A DNA stretch of 64,000 nucleotides from an uncultured delta proteobacterium (GTDB lineage Bacteria > Myxococcota_A > Polyangia > Fen-1088): positions 1 to 64,000 of the forward strand of contig CAVYGB010000002.1 of assembly GCA_963767925.1 (NCBI GenBank), given 5' to 3'. Both the position numbers and the translations under genes were made by a program. The notes beneath the pieces were generated by a model. That model was given only the letters and a program-made list of their open reading frames with translations. It searched no databases and had not been told where the DNA came from. How positions within the stretch are numbered: position 1 is the stretch's first letter; each line of letters begins with the position of its first letter. Shown piece by piece: positions 1-11,140 of this stretch.

Positions 1-1991
1 TTGGAGAGGGCGGTCGGCGCACCAACCTTCTTCGCGTGACGCGTGACCTGGTAGGGCGTCACGCTTTCCCATGTTCGCGATGTCGCGAAAAGAGGGTCGG
101 TTTCGAGGTCCGCAGGCGTGCTGGTCAGATTGAGCACACCGGCTGGGCCGGCCCGGAGCTCTCGAAACCCTTCCAATGCCTCATCCAGCTTGACTAGCTG
201 ATCGCGCTCGTGCCCAGTCGGTTCGCGGTGGAGGAGGTGGTGAGGGGCTACCACCAGCAGCCGTAGGCGCGGTGGATCGAACCAGAACGCGAGATGTCGA
301 TGGTCGGCAGCTGACGGTTGTCCGTCGGGTTGATGGCCGGTGAAGAAGGTTGCCAGGGCTGTTCGCTCTCCGAGGACGCGCTGGACGCGGGCCAGCACCG
401 CGCGTCGCAGGGCACGGCTCAGGATAGAAAATGGCGCGCCCCGGACGAGGCCCGCCGCGATGCCGAACACGTGAAGGCCCACGGCTATTCGTGCCGGCAC
501 CATCAATCCCAGTCCCCGGTCGCGCGCCCCGCCGAGCAGGAGTGGGCCGAGGACCGGCACGCCGAAGGAGACTTCGGCGTGCCACAGCCGCTCCTTCGTC
601 ACACCGCTATCCGGTGCGAAGGCGGCGGCCATTTCGCCGCGCCTTTGATACGGTTCGCGTTGAGCCCGGATGCTGGTCGGTGTCGCCAGAACGCCGGCTT
701 CGCGCAAGCTCCGGCTGATCGCATCCGCCGCGCGAGCGTGCTCATCTGCTGCCTCGGCTCCACCCTTGGCTTCGGCCTTCATGCGAGTGGGCTCGATCCG
801 GCGTCGAGCGGCCGACGCCGGGACCGCGATCGGCGTGACGGTTCGCCAGATCCGACTACGCGCACCACGCTCCGCACCTATGTGGAAAAGGATGCGGTTG
901 TCGCTTGTGGGTGTCAGCACGGCGTCGAAGACTTCCCCGGACGCCGGATCGATGGGTTGAAGGCCGGAGAAAGCCCACCGGACGTCCTCGCTCCGTAGCG
1001 GGCAGGCCGGCGGGATCTCGACCAGAACGCGGCGGATCTGATGGTCCGCGTGCTCATGACCGACCGAAGGCAGCGGTAGGACGCGTACGCGCGGTCCCGG
1101 ATGATCCGGGTGACCAAGGGTTTCGAGTGCGAGGGTTCGGTCGACCGATGACTCGCCTCCCGGGAGGCCGGCGCGAAGGCGAAGCGCCGCAGCGTAGCGG
1201 AGTGAAGCGGTCAGGCCTGCGGCCCCGGCGAGCGGCCACACGGCTGGTTGCTCCGGATCCGTCTCCCGGCGCAGGTCGTAGAGCGCCCGGAGAGACGGGC
1301 TGCCGTAGACCACCTGGGTGAACAAGGGTTTGGGTGGCTGCGAAAACACCTCGACAACCGCACTGCCAACCATCTCGGCACGAAATCGCTGCGTGCCGGC
1401 GCGGAAGCGAATCTCCAGGCTCTCCAGGGAGCCCGGTCCCGGGCAGGCAAGTGACGCCCCGCCATTTCCTCCCCCAGGAAGAAGCACCCGTCCCGCGTGG
1501 GCCTGGAGACGCGTCTCGAGTTCGTCGGGACCGAGGAGTCCACTTTCAGCCCACGCCATGTCCACCCCCCGTCCCAGCTGGTAGAGGCGCTCGGCCAGCT
1601 GACAGATTGTCGCCGGGTGATCGCCGGCGTCACCGTCGCCGTCGAAGGACCAAGCAAAGAGGAATGGAACTTCGGCATCGAAGAGCCACGGCTCGATCGC
1701 CTTCGCCCCGCGAATCTGCGAGATCCCATCGGGATCGGAGGCCACCGCGTCGCGGTCATTGTGGGGGACGAACAGGTTGTACCGCTGTCCCGGGACCATG
1801 TGCGGAAGGGCGAGCACCGGTGGCGCGAGGCCTTCGAGCCAGCGCAGCGCTTGCCGAGTCGCCTCGCCAAGCTTTGGCCCAGCGGCGGCAACGAGGGCCT
1901 GGAACAACCGGGCCGGCGAAGGACATGCCTCGTCGGCGCCGTGGAACCGGCCGTCGTGCAAGCGAACGGAGATCAGGAGCGTTCGGAGCAT
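1..1991 (-). CDS. csb2: Type I-G Csb2 (Cas5-Cas6 fusion), extended with a second Cas6-like domain; 3' end lies outside the window
   Basis: Not in the ORF track (no stop in window). Manual translation from ATG 1991: MLRTLLISVRLHDGRFHG..PSPARLFQALVAA..LYQLGRGVDMAWA..LPLPSVGHEHADHQIRRVLV..WRTVTP..GPLLLGGARDRGLGL..FFTGHQPDG..HRHL..WESVTPY. Open for >660 codons; directly downstream of csb1. Confidence 0.9.
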   Translation of the reverse strand, partial: MLRTLLISVRLHDGRFHGADEACPSPARLFQALVAAAGPKLGEATRQALRWLEGLAPPVLALPHMVPGQRYNLFVPHNDRDAVASDPDGISQIRGAKAIEPWLFDAEVPFLFAWSFDGDGDAGDHPATICQLAERLYQLGRGVDMAWAESGLLGPDELETRLQAHAGRVLLPGGGNGGASLACPGPGSLESLEIRFRAGTQRFRAEMVGSAVVEVFSQPPKPLFTQVVYGSPSLRALYDLRRETDPEQPAVWPLAGAAGLTASLRYAAALRLRAGLPGGESSVDRTLALETLGHPDHPGPRVRVLPLPSVGHEHADHQIRRVLVEIPPACPLRSEDVRWAFSGLQPIDPASGEVFDAVLTPTSDNRILFHIGAERGARSRIWRTVTPIAVPASAARRRIEPTRMKAEAKGGAEAADEHARAADAISRSLREAGVLATPTSIRAQREPYQRRGEMAAAFAPDSGVTKERLWHAEVSFGVPVLGPLLLGGARDRGLGLMVPARIAVGLHVFGIAAGLVRGAPFSILSRALRRAVLARVQRVLGERTALATFFTGHQPDGQPSAADHRHLAFWFDPPRLRLLVVAPHHLLHREPTGHERDQLVKLDEALEGFRELRAGPAGVLNLTSTPADLETDPLFATSRTWESVTPYQVTRHAKKVGAPTALS

Positions 1992-2019
1992 GCTCGGGGA
2001 GCTTTCGCCAGGCTGCCTG

Positions 2020-4048
<2,029 letters not shown>

Positions 4049-4052
<4 letters not shown>

Positions 4053-6770
4053 CGACGACCCTCCTCGCGGCCCCGTCGCTCATTCTCTCGAGAGGCCTGC
4101 TGATCGGCAGCCCGTAGCAGGGCCTCCCACCAGGCGAGTCCCCAGGGGCCCCACTGCTCCTGCAGCCGCGCGAATCGCAGCGCAACCTCCCGAACGCGCT
4201 CCTCGACCACGGAAGGCGGCTCGTCGCAGCCTTCGGCACGAATGATCGGACGCGCGAAGCCATGGTGGGCAGCGACGATGTGCAGGACCAGGTCCTGCTG
4301 CTCCGGAGACAGCGAGGCGACGAAGTGATCCCTTTTCACCCACGGGAGGGAGCCCAACTCGTGTCGGTACCCGTCCAGAAGCGCGACGTTGATCGGGGCA
4401 CTTGTCTTGGCGTAGACGCCATCGGCCGGCGCCCTGAACGCGCGTTGCCAGCGGGGCGCGCGCTTGCCCTCGTCGTGCAGCCGGCACGCCGCCGCCAGGA
4501 TTTCGTCGTAGGGAGTTGGCAGGGCAATCCGCGCGGCCAGCTCTCGGCCTTGGCGCTCCGTCCAGGCCTGGTGCTCGTCGAGCTTCTGAGGGGGCCCCGC
4601 TGAACGGTCTTCCTCGGTCGCGCCATCGTGACGCCACTTGTAGACGACGAGCCAGCGATTTGGCTCTCCATCTGAATCCTCGTCGATGGGTATGCGACAG
4701 CGCTCGTGCCATGAAGATCCAGGGTGACCGCCTTCTGCATCGGTGACCGGGACAACCTTGAACGGCACGGTGGGCCGGACGTCCGGAGAGGCGCCATCCG
4801 GGTCGATCCACGGCCCAGGCCCGTCGGCAGTTGGCGGCGCCGAATCCGTCTCTGCTTCCAGCATCCCTTGTGAGCTGAGGCCGCCGATTCGGGCATCGAC
4901 CACGAGGATGGCGCCGGAGAGTGGACGCTCGAGATCCTCCTCCACCCGTCTGGCAGATTCCTTCTCGGTCAATTGAGCCAGTCGCCAGACTCCTTTGAGA
5001 TCTCCCGCGGGACCGAGCGCGACCGCGACCACCGTCTGGGCGGCCACCACGTCGACGGGCTCAATCCCCTCGCTGCCCCCGTCCGGGCCTGGCCTGGCGA
5101 GTCGCGCCCCCCAGGCCCGGGCGCGCGCGAGCAGCCACTCCGAAGCGCGGTAGGTCTCGGTTTCGAGGACCTCGCTCAGGTGAGGCGGAGCAGCCTCGAA
5201 GAAGCGACTGATGTCCCGCGCGGAGATATCCTGTTTCCGCCCGAATGGCAGATGGGTCCGCCAGACCATGGAGGTCTGCGGTTCGTCGTCGGCCACCCAT
5301 CCGCGGAGCCATGGGTCGATCTTCGGCCTTCCAGGATCCTGATCGAGCGAAGTCAGCGACCAGGCGTCCACGACGGCTCGCGTGAGCGCCGGGTGAAGGG
5401 GAGCTGGCGTCGTGGCCAGCTCGAGAGTTTCGCGTAATTTGTCGTCGTGAGCCGCTCGTCCCCGCAGGGTGCGGAGGGTCCCGGGACTGACATCGATTCC
5501 GGTGGGACCTTGTGGCAGTTCCGCCATCGGCAACTGTTCGAAGGGCCGGCGCAGTGTAGCCTGCTGCTCGACGTTCGCCGGGTCGCTCAGCACGACGACC
5601 TGGGCCGCCCCGTCGCCCCGTCGGTTCACACGACCGAGTCGCTGGACCATACGCTCCCAGGCAACCAGGTCCGAAACCATGTGGTCCGCGTCGAGATCGA
5701 TCCCAACCTCTCCGGCCGCGGTGGCGAACAGGAACGTCGCCGTTTGACGGGCTGCTCCGGTCCCTGCCATGAACCCGAGGCTTGCCAATCGCTCGGCCGC
5801 CTGCTGCCGCTCGCGGACGCGGCGCCCGCCCACCAGCAACTCGACCTGGACCGGTGAGGACGCGATCTTTTCGAGGTGACGAAGGGCGTTCTCGGCGACG
5901 TCCCGACTGTGGGAAAAGACGATGCACCGGACAGAGCGAGTTCCCTCGCCCGACAGCGACCAGGCTTCGGAAGCGAGAATCGCTCGCCAACTCTGACCCG
6001 GCCACATCCCGGAACCTCAGGACCTTCTTGGCCGCAAGTCGCTTTCGCACAATCCGGTGGTCGAGGTCCGCGGGGCCGAGCCCCAGCACACCGCTGCCAC
6101 GAGTCCGTCCCGTCGCGGACAAAGAAAGAAGGCTAAAATTCGGGATGAGCTCCGCGTCAGCTGCGCGCGCGCCGAAGATGGAGTTTCCGTCCGCAATCGA
6201 TTCCAGGAGCGCTTCGAAGGGAGGCACGAGATGCGCCTCATCGAGGACCGCCAGCGTGTCGGCGCCCAGCAGCCCGCTCTGGTAGGGTCGCAGCTTCCGA
6301 CTGGTTCCATACCCTTGAAAGAGGAGACGTGAGCCGATCATGTCGACGGTGCCGACGATGATCGCGGGCGAGGCCGGGTCCTCGAGCCACTCCCGATTGT
6401 CGATGTGCTGTCCCCTGAGCGTGGAGATCGGGAGACCGGCCTCGAGGCCAAGTGCAGATTGGACAGACGAGTCCGCGCCAACCCATTCGCGGAGGCCCAG
6501 CGCAACGTTCGTGGCCTGGTCTACAACAGCCCGCCGGTCGACAACATAGACGAGCCGCCGCGGAACCGGCGCCCCGCACGCTCGGGCGACAAGCCAGATC
6601 GCCATCACAGCCGTCTTGCCGAGGCCAGTCGGGATATCGAGAGCCCGATCAATGACTCCGGTTCTGAATCGTCGGAGCAGCTCTTGCTGCCATGGAAAGG
6701 GCTCATCGTCGGCACCGAGGCTCAGCGCCCGCCGCAGCCAGGCGTCCGCCTGATTAGAACTTGCTCCCAT
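4049..6770 (-). pseudogene. cas3: Type I-G Cas3 (SF2 helicase with C-terminal HD nuclease), split by one frameshift near 5984 (real lesion or sequencing error)
   Basis: ORF 5061-6770 holds PFPWQ, PTGLGKT, DEAH and SAT. ORF 4049-6007 holds EVGIDLD, QRLGRVNR, HDEGK, RHE, HHG and AAD. The frames join at GAG TTG GCG [A] GCG ATT CTC. Confidence 0.9.
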
Positions 6771-6871
6771 GGGTCACGCCCCGCCCGGAACCAATCGGCG
6801 GGCGACGATGAGTTCCACAGCGATACGGCGCAAATTTTTCGCGCTTGTCACACAGCCCGCACAAGGCGACG

Positions 6872-6968
6872 GCGGTATGGGGAGGCCCTGGGTGCGGGGG
6901 GCGGATACAAAACTCGACGAGAAACAGCACCCGACCTGATCAGGCTTCAATGGGGCCGCCGCCCGCAC
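6872..6968 (-). CRISPR. Degenerate single-spacer mini-array (crRNA-like regulatory RNA candidate)
   Basis: Minus strand reads GTGCGGGCGGCGGCCCCATTGAAGC (6968-6944; I-G-type repeat 3' end), a 35-nt spacer CTGATCAGGTCGGGTGCTGTTTCTCGTCGAGTTTT (6943-6909), then GTATCCGCCCCCCGCACCCAGGGCCTCCCCATACCGC (6908-6872; degenerate repeat). Confidence 0.8.
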
Positions 6969-7100
6969 TCAGCGCCTTCCCACTCGGGTAGCGCAAGGGC
7001 GAAACCCTATCGGCCTTCTCCTTCCTCCGACCACCCTTTTCGGACGTCGAGCCTTCCTCCAAGCTGACTCAACCGTCTTTAAAAGACGGAAACTGAATCG

Positions 7101-7142
7101 AGTCAACTTACTGATAATGTCAGGTCTAAAAATCACAGTCAG
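7101..7142 (-). promoter_or_regulatory. Putative sigma70-like promoter of the mini-array/cas operon, overlapping the partial protospacer
   Basis: AT-rich stretch. Minus strand CTGACT(7142-7137)-17 nt-CATTAT(7119-7114); alternative -35 TTGACT at 7106-7101. Confidence 0.45.
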
Positions 7143-8144
7143 AAGGGTAGGTGTTCCTCGGAGTTTAGGCAAGTAGTCAGAGCAAACAACACTGTGCGTC
7201 TTGTCCTTCCAGGCCCAGGAGAAGCCCCACCACGCCCAAGCCGCGAACTGCGCCCGGGGACGGGCGGCCGGGCGGGTTTCACCTCACCAACCTCCATGCT
7301 GCGCCTGCCGGTCGCGGTCCTCGTGTGGGCGCTGGTCCGGGGGGGAGGCGGCCGGAGCGGCGGGCGGGCGGGTGGTATGGGCGGCGCTGGCGGCCGCGTT
7401 GCGCTAGCACCGCGGCTGACCTACCGATTCCTCGAAACCATCGGAGCATCGTGTTCATGCCCTTCCCTGAACATCCGGGCGCCGTGAGGTCTACATGTTC
7501 GTCTCCGAATCAGCGCGTCGAGGCGGGCGTCTCGTACGTGCCGCTGGGGCTTCCGAAAGCGGCTGGACGGCTTCAGCTCCTGGGGGTCGAAGGGCGTGTC
7601 CTTATCGAGCTAAGGATCGAGCCGCTTGATGTCTGGCGGGGCTTCGGTAAAGCGCGGCAGCGGCTGCGTCCGAGCCGGGGCGGCCTTCGGCGCGACCGCC
7701 GGGTACTGGACGACGGGCTCCTGGTCGGGCTCCGCGGGGCTGGGAGCTCTCTCCGGTCTCCCAGCAAACAGCCAGAGGCGCCGACGACCGCCGCTGCCAG
7801 CGTCAGGCCAACGCCGACCTTGACGACTGAAAGCGGCTGCCGGAGCGGCTGTCCATCACTTGCTGTTTGTCGACGATCTGGTTCCCAGCTCCAGGCCGCG
7901 ATTGTCTTCAAGACCGGGACCGAACCGGTGGCAGGGAGGGCGATGTCTCACGAAGAGACCGGGCAATCTCCCAGCCCGGGGCTGCGAGCGAGAACGATGT
8001 CCTCCGCAACGGCCGGCGCGCTCGCGGTCCACCGGATCGACGCGCACGGCTGCCCGTTGCCTCGCCAGAGGCCCCTCACCCGGCGCGCAGACGCGCCGAC
8101 CTCTCCCCCCGGCCGACCCGCGGGGAAAGGGAGGGCGCGGGCGG

Positions 8145-9079
8145 TTAGATCGGCAGGAAGATGAGGGTGCCTTTGCCGGTGTCGGGGATGACGAGGCGCT
8201 TGTTGGGGAGGTCGAGGTACTGGTCGGCGGTGGAGCCGAAGCCGCGGCCGTCGAGGATCACCTTCTCGTTCTTGCCGGCGCGGTCGAGCTTCCAGACCTT
8301 GCCCTGCGAGAAGCTGGTCACGTAGATGTTGCCCTGGTCGTCCTGATCGATGCCGTCGGCGCCGCGGTAGCCGGTGGCCAGCGTCTTCAGGGTGGTGCCG
8401 GTCTGCTCGATGATGTTGCCGTAGAAGAACTCGGCGATCAGCAGGCGGCCGGCGGCGGGGGCGGCGACGCCGTTGATGAGGAGCAGGTCGGGCGACTTGT
8501 CGACGGCGATGGAGATCTGGCCGGCGGGCACGGTGATGCGGTAGACGCGCGCCTCGGGGAGATCTGGGAGGCCTCGCTGCTGGTGGTGGGCCACAGCGAG
8601 TTGGTGCTGGGGTTGAAGGCCTTGCCGATCTGGCCCATCTCGGTCACGAACACGGCCTGGTTTCCCGGCTCGGGGGCGGCGTCGTTGAGGAAGCCGACCG
8701 GGCTGGGGAAGGTCTCGGCCAGGACCGACTTGTTGCCGGAGCTGTCGACCTTCCAGACCTTCGTCACGTCGGTCACGATCAGGTGGTCGGCCACGAAGGC
8801 GATCCCCTTGGGCTCCTTCATGCCGCCGACGAAGGTGGACACCTTGGTGCCGTCGACGACCTTCACCTCGCCGTCGTCCGCCATGCCCTCGCCGTTCTGC
8901 ACCGACACGTAGAGCAGGCCGCCGAAGCCCTTGGTGACGCTCTCGGGGCGCGGACCGACGGTGAGCTCGCTCATCTGTCCAGCCGGTGGGCCGGCCGGCT
9001 CCTTCGATTCCGAGCAGCCGAATGGCCCCGCGAGCAGGACCGCGAGGCTGGATGAAACGAGGATACGCGGTGTCTTCAT
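8145..9079 (-). pseudogene. SMP-30/gluconolactonase-like beta-propeller lipoprotein, frameshifted near 8560
   Basis: RBS GGAGG + ATG 9079, lipoprotein-like signal (GPFGC), RPES and FLNDAA in one frame; ARVYRI, GADGID and TADQYLD in another. Confidence 0.75.
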
Positions 9080-9340
9080 GGCTTCCCTCCGCTGAAAAAA
9101 CGACGGGCCAACGAACCTCGAACGGCAGGGGCCCGCCAGACACCTTCCGCTGGGCGAACCGAAGATGCCGGTTTCGCACCGCGGACTTAACCGCTTCCCG
9201 CCGACCGCCGCAAGCGCGACCGACCGCGGCTCGAGGCGGCGTGGTTTCACCGATCTTTTACAGCCCCGCCCTCGCGACGCGTTTGCCCCTGCCGTTACAG
9301 GGGCAAACCCGAGCCTGGGATAACGACGGCCGCGTTCTCG

Positions 9341-9520
9341 GTGTCCCCCGACACGAGAATCGTCGGGTTCAATGGATCGCGATGCCAGCGGAGAGGGAGC
9401 GTGGGCGACCAGGTGCCGGGCGCCGTGCGGTGTCCCCCGACACGAGAATCGTCGGGTTCAATAGATCGCGATGCCGGCCGAGAGCGAGCGGGTGGGCGAC
9501 CAGGTGCCGGGCGCCGTGCG
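9341..9520. repeat. Diverged ~90-bp tandem duplication of a gene 3' end plus downstream hairpin
   Basis: 9341-9429 and 9430-9520 both read gtgtcccccgacacgagaatcgtcgggttcaat..caggtgccgggcgccgtgcg. Confidence 0.9.
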
Positions 9521-10777
9521 GGAGGCGCTCCAGTCGGCGCGGGCGTGCAGGGCGAGGCGGGTGGTCAGGGCGATCTCGAAGATGGCCCCGGCCCCGAAGG
9601 TGGGGGCGCCGTCGACGTCGCCGCTCTGGTGGCGAAGGAGGCTCGAGCCGGCGTGGCCGGCGACGCCGAGGTGCGCTCGGCGCCAGGAGAGCGGGAAGAG
9701 CTGGGTCTCGAAGTTCAGGGCGTGGCGGGCGAAGCGACGGGCGGGCTGGCCCTGCCCGACGGCGAGGGAGACGCCGCCCAGCAGGCCGAGGCGGTGGTGG
9801 GGGAAGTAGCCGAGCTGGATGTGGGAGGCCAGGCCGGAGAGGAGATCGCGGTTCAGGCTGGACTGGGCGCCGCCCACGTCGACCTTGAAGGCAAAGCCCT
9901 GGCGATCGAGGGGCGCGCGCCCCAGGCGGAGCAGGCCGTACCCCTCGTCGTCGCGCAGGACCGCGCGCTCGACGCCGGCGAGGTCGGCGCTGGTGAGCTG
10001 GGCGAGCGGGACGGCGCGCTCGGCGCCGCTCGCGTCCCGCAAGTAGACGAGCTGGCCGGGAGCGGCGGCGATGTCGCCGTCGAAGCGCATCCCCTCGGTG
10101 GCGGCGAGCCCCACCGCGGCCAGCGAGGCGACCGCGATGCCGACGACCGCGTAGACGATCAGATCGTCCTTGCCGCCGCCGCCGCTCGGCAACGACAGCC
10201 CGCCCCCACCGCTGCCGCCAGTGCCACCGGACGACGGGGCGGGCGCGGGGCGACCGGGCCCCCGCCAGGTGCCGATCGGGCGGGCAGGCGTCCCCCCGCC
10301 CGTCCCGACGACGCTGGCCCGGTTGCCCACCGGGGGCGCCTTGACCGGCCCCGATCCACCCGGGTAGCTGCCGCCGCCGCGGCCGTAGCGGCGGCCGTGG
10401 CCGCCACCGCCCACCGGGATGATGACGTGCCCGCAGCCGCTGACGTGGACGTGACCATGTGGGTAGACGTCGGGGTGGTACCAGGGATCTTCGTTCCAGG
10501 GCTCGCTGCCGCTCGCCATGACCGGCGGCGGCGCGGTCGGGTCGAGCGCGGGCGCCCGGCGCAGGCCGAGGTTCTGCACGACGCGGAGCCGGTCGCCGCG
10601 CGCCTCGGGCGGCGTGGCGGCCAGCCGCGTCAGCTCCGCATCGGGCAGCCGGTACTCGTGCGAGAGGCAGCCCGAGGTGTAGAGCGCGGCGGCCGTGACG
10701 AGCGCGATCGCGCCCTGGCCGCGGCGGGAGGGGGGAGGCGAGGAGGGAGGAGCCGAGGTGATTCGCAGTGTGCCCAC
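9458..10777 (-). CDS. Hypothetical lipoprotein, Gly/Pro-rich middle, beta-barrel-like C-terminus
   Basis: Frame of ORF 9458-10876; lipobox-like TSGC; ends AGIAIY; start uncertain. Confidence 0.65.
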   Translation of the reverse strand: MGTLRITSAPPSSPPPSRRGQGAIALVTAAALYTSGCLSHEYRLPDAELTRLAATPPEARGDRLRVVQNLGLRRAPALDPTAPPPVMASGSEPWNEDPWYHPDVYPHGHVHVSGCGHVIIPVGGGGHGRRYGRGGGSYPGGSGPVKAPPVGNRASVVGTGGGTPARPIGTWRGPGRPAPAPSSGGTGGSGGGGLSLPSGGGGKDDLIVYAVVGIAVASLAAVGLAATEGMRFDGDIAAAPGQLVYLRDASGAERAVPLAQLTSADLAGVERAVLRDDEGYGLLRLGRAPLDRQGFAFKVDVGGAQSSLNRDLLSGLASHIQLGYFPHHRLGLLGGVSLAVGQGQPARRFARHALNFETQLFPLSWRRAHLGVAGHAGSSLLRHQSGDVDGAPTFGAGAIFEIALTTRLALHARADWSASRTAPGTWSPTRSLSAGIAIY

Positions 10778-10789
10778 ACCCCGCCGTAA

Positions 10790-10805
10790 AGCAGGGCCCG
10801 TGCCG
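10790..10805 (-). promoter_or_regulatory. Putative sigma54 promoter
   Basis: Minus strand CGGCACG-GGCC-CTGCT fits the -24/-12 spacing just upstream of the 10777 start. Confidence 0.5.
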
Positions 10806-10912
10806 CGGCCGACCCCCAGGCCAGTCCCCATTTTTCGCGGTCGACGCCGCTCCCCTCCCCTCGCGGCGTGAAACAAAGTGTCGCCCCTGCGCCACAGGCG
10901 GCCCGGCCGGCC

Positions 10913-11107
10913 TCAGCGGCGGAGGGCCGCGACCGCCTCGAACAGGGCGGCCAGGGTCAAGGCGAGACCCGCCGCGGCCAGGCCCATGCCCAGCAGGTCG
11001 CGCGGGCGCGGCCGGGCCGCGGCGGCGCGGACGCCGAGCGCCGTGAGCGCGAGGCCCAGGCACACGACGACAAGGGCGGCGACAAGGCTCGGGACGGAGA
11101 CCCGCAT
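10913..11107 (-). CDS. Small two-TM membrane protein
   Basis: 64 aa, two hydrophobic helices, host-like codon usage, divergent from manC. Confidence 0.55.
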   Translation of the reverse strand: MRVSVPSLVAALVVVCLGLALTALGVRAAAARPRPRDLLGMGLAAAGLALTLAALFEAVAALRR

Positions 11108-11140
11108 GCGCGATGGTCGGATAATATAGTCCCTTCATCC

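Noticed and set aside
7135..7168. Second similarity to the spacer's distal half (GGGTAGGTGTTCCTCGGAGTTT)
   Set aside because: Needs gaps and has no seed match or PAM; may be chance.
6969..7172. 67-aa ORF as a protein gene
   Set aside because: TTG start without a clear RBS, and it runs through the predicted promoter; only its 3' part is kept as a candidate RNA element.
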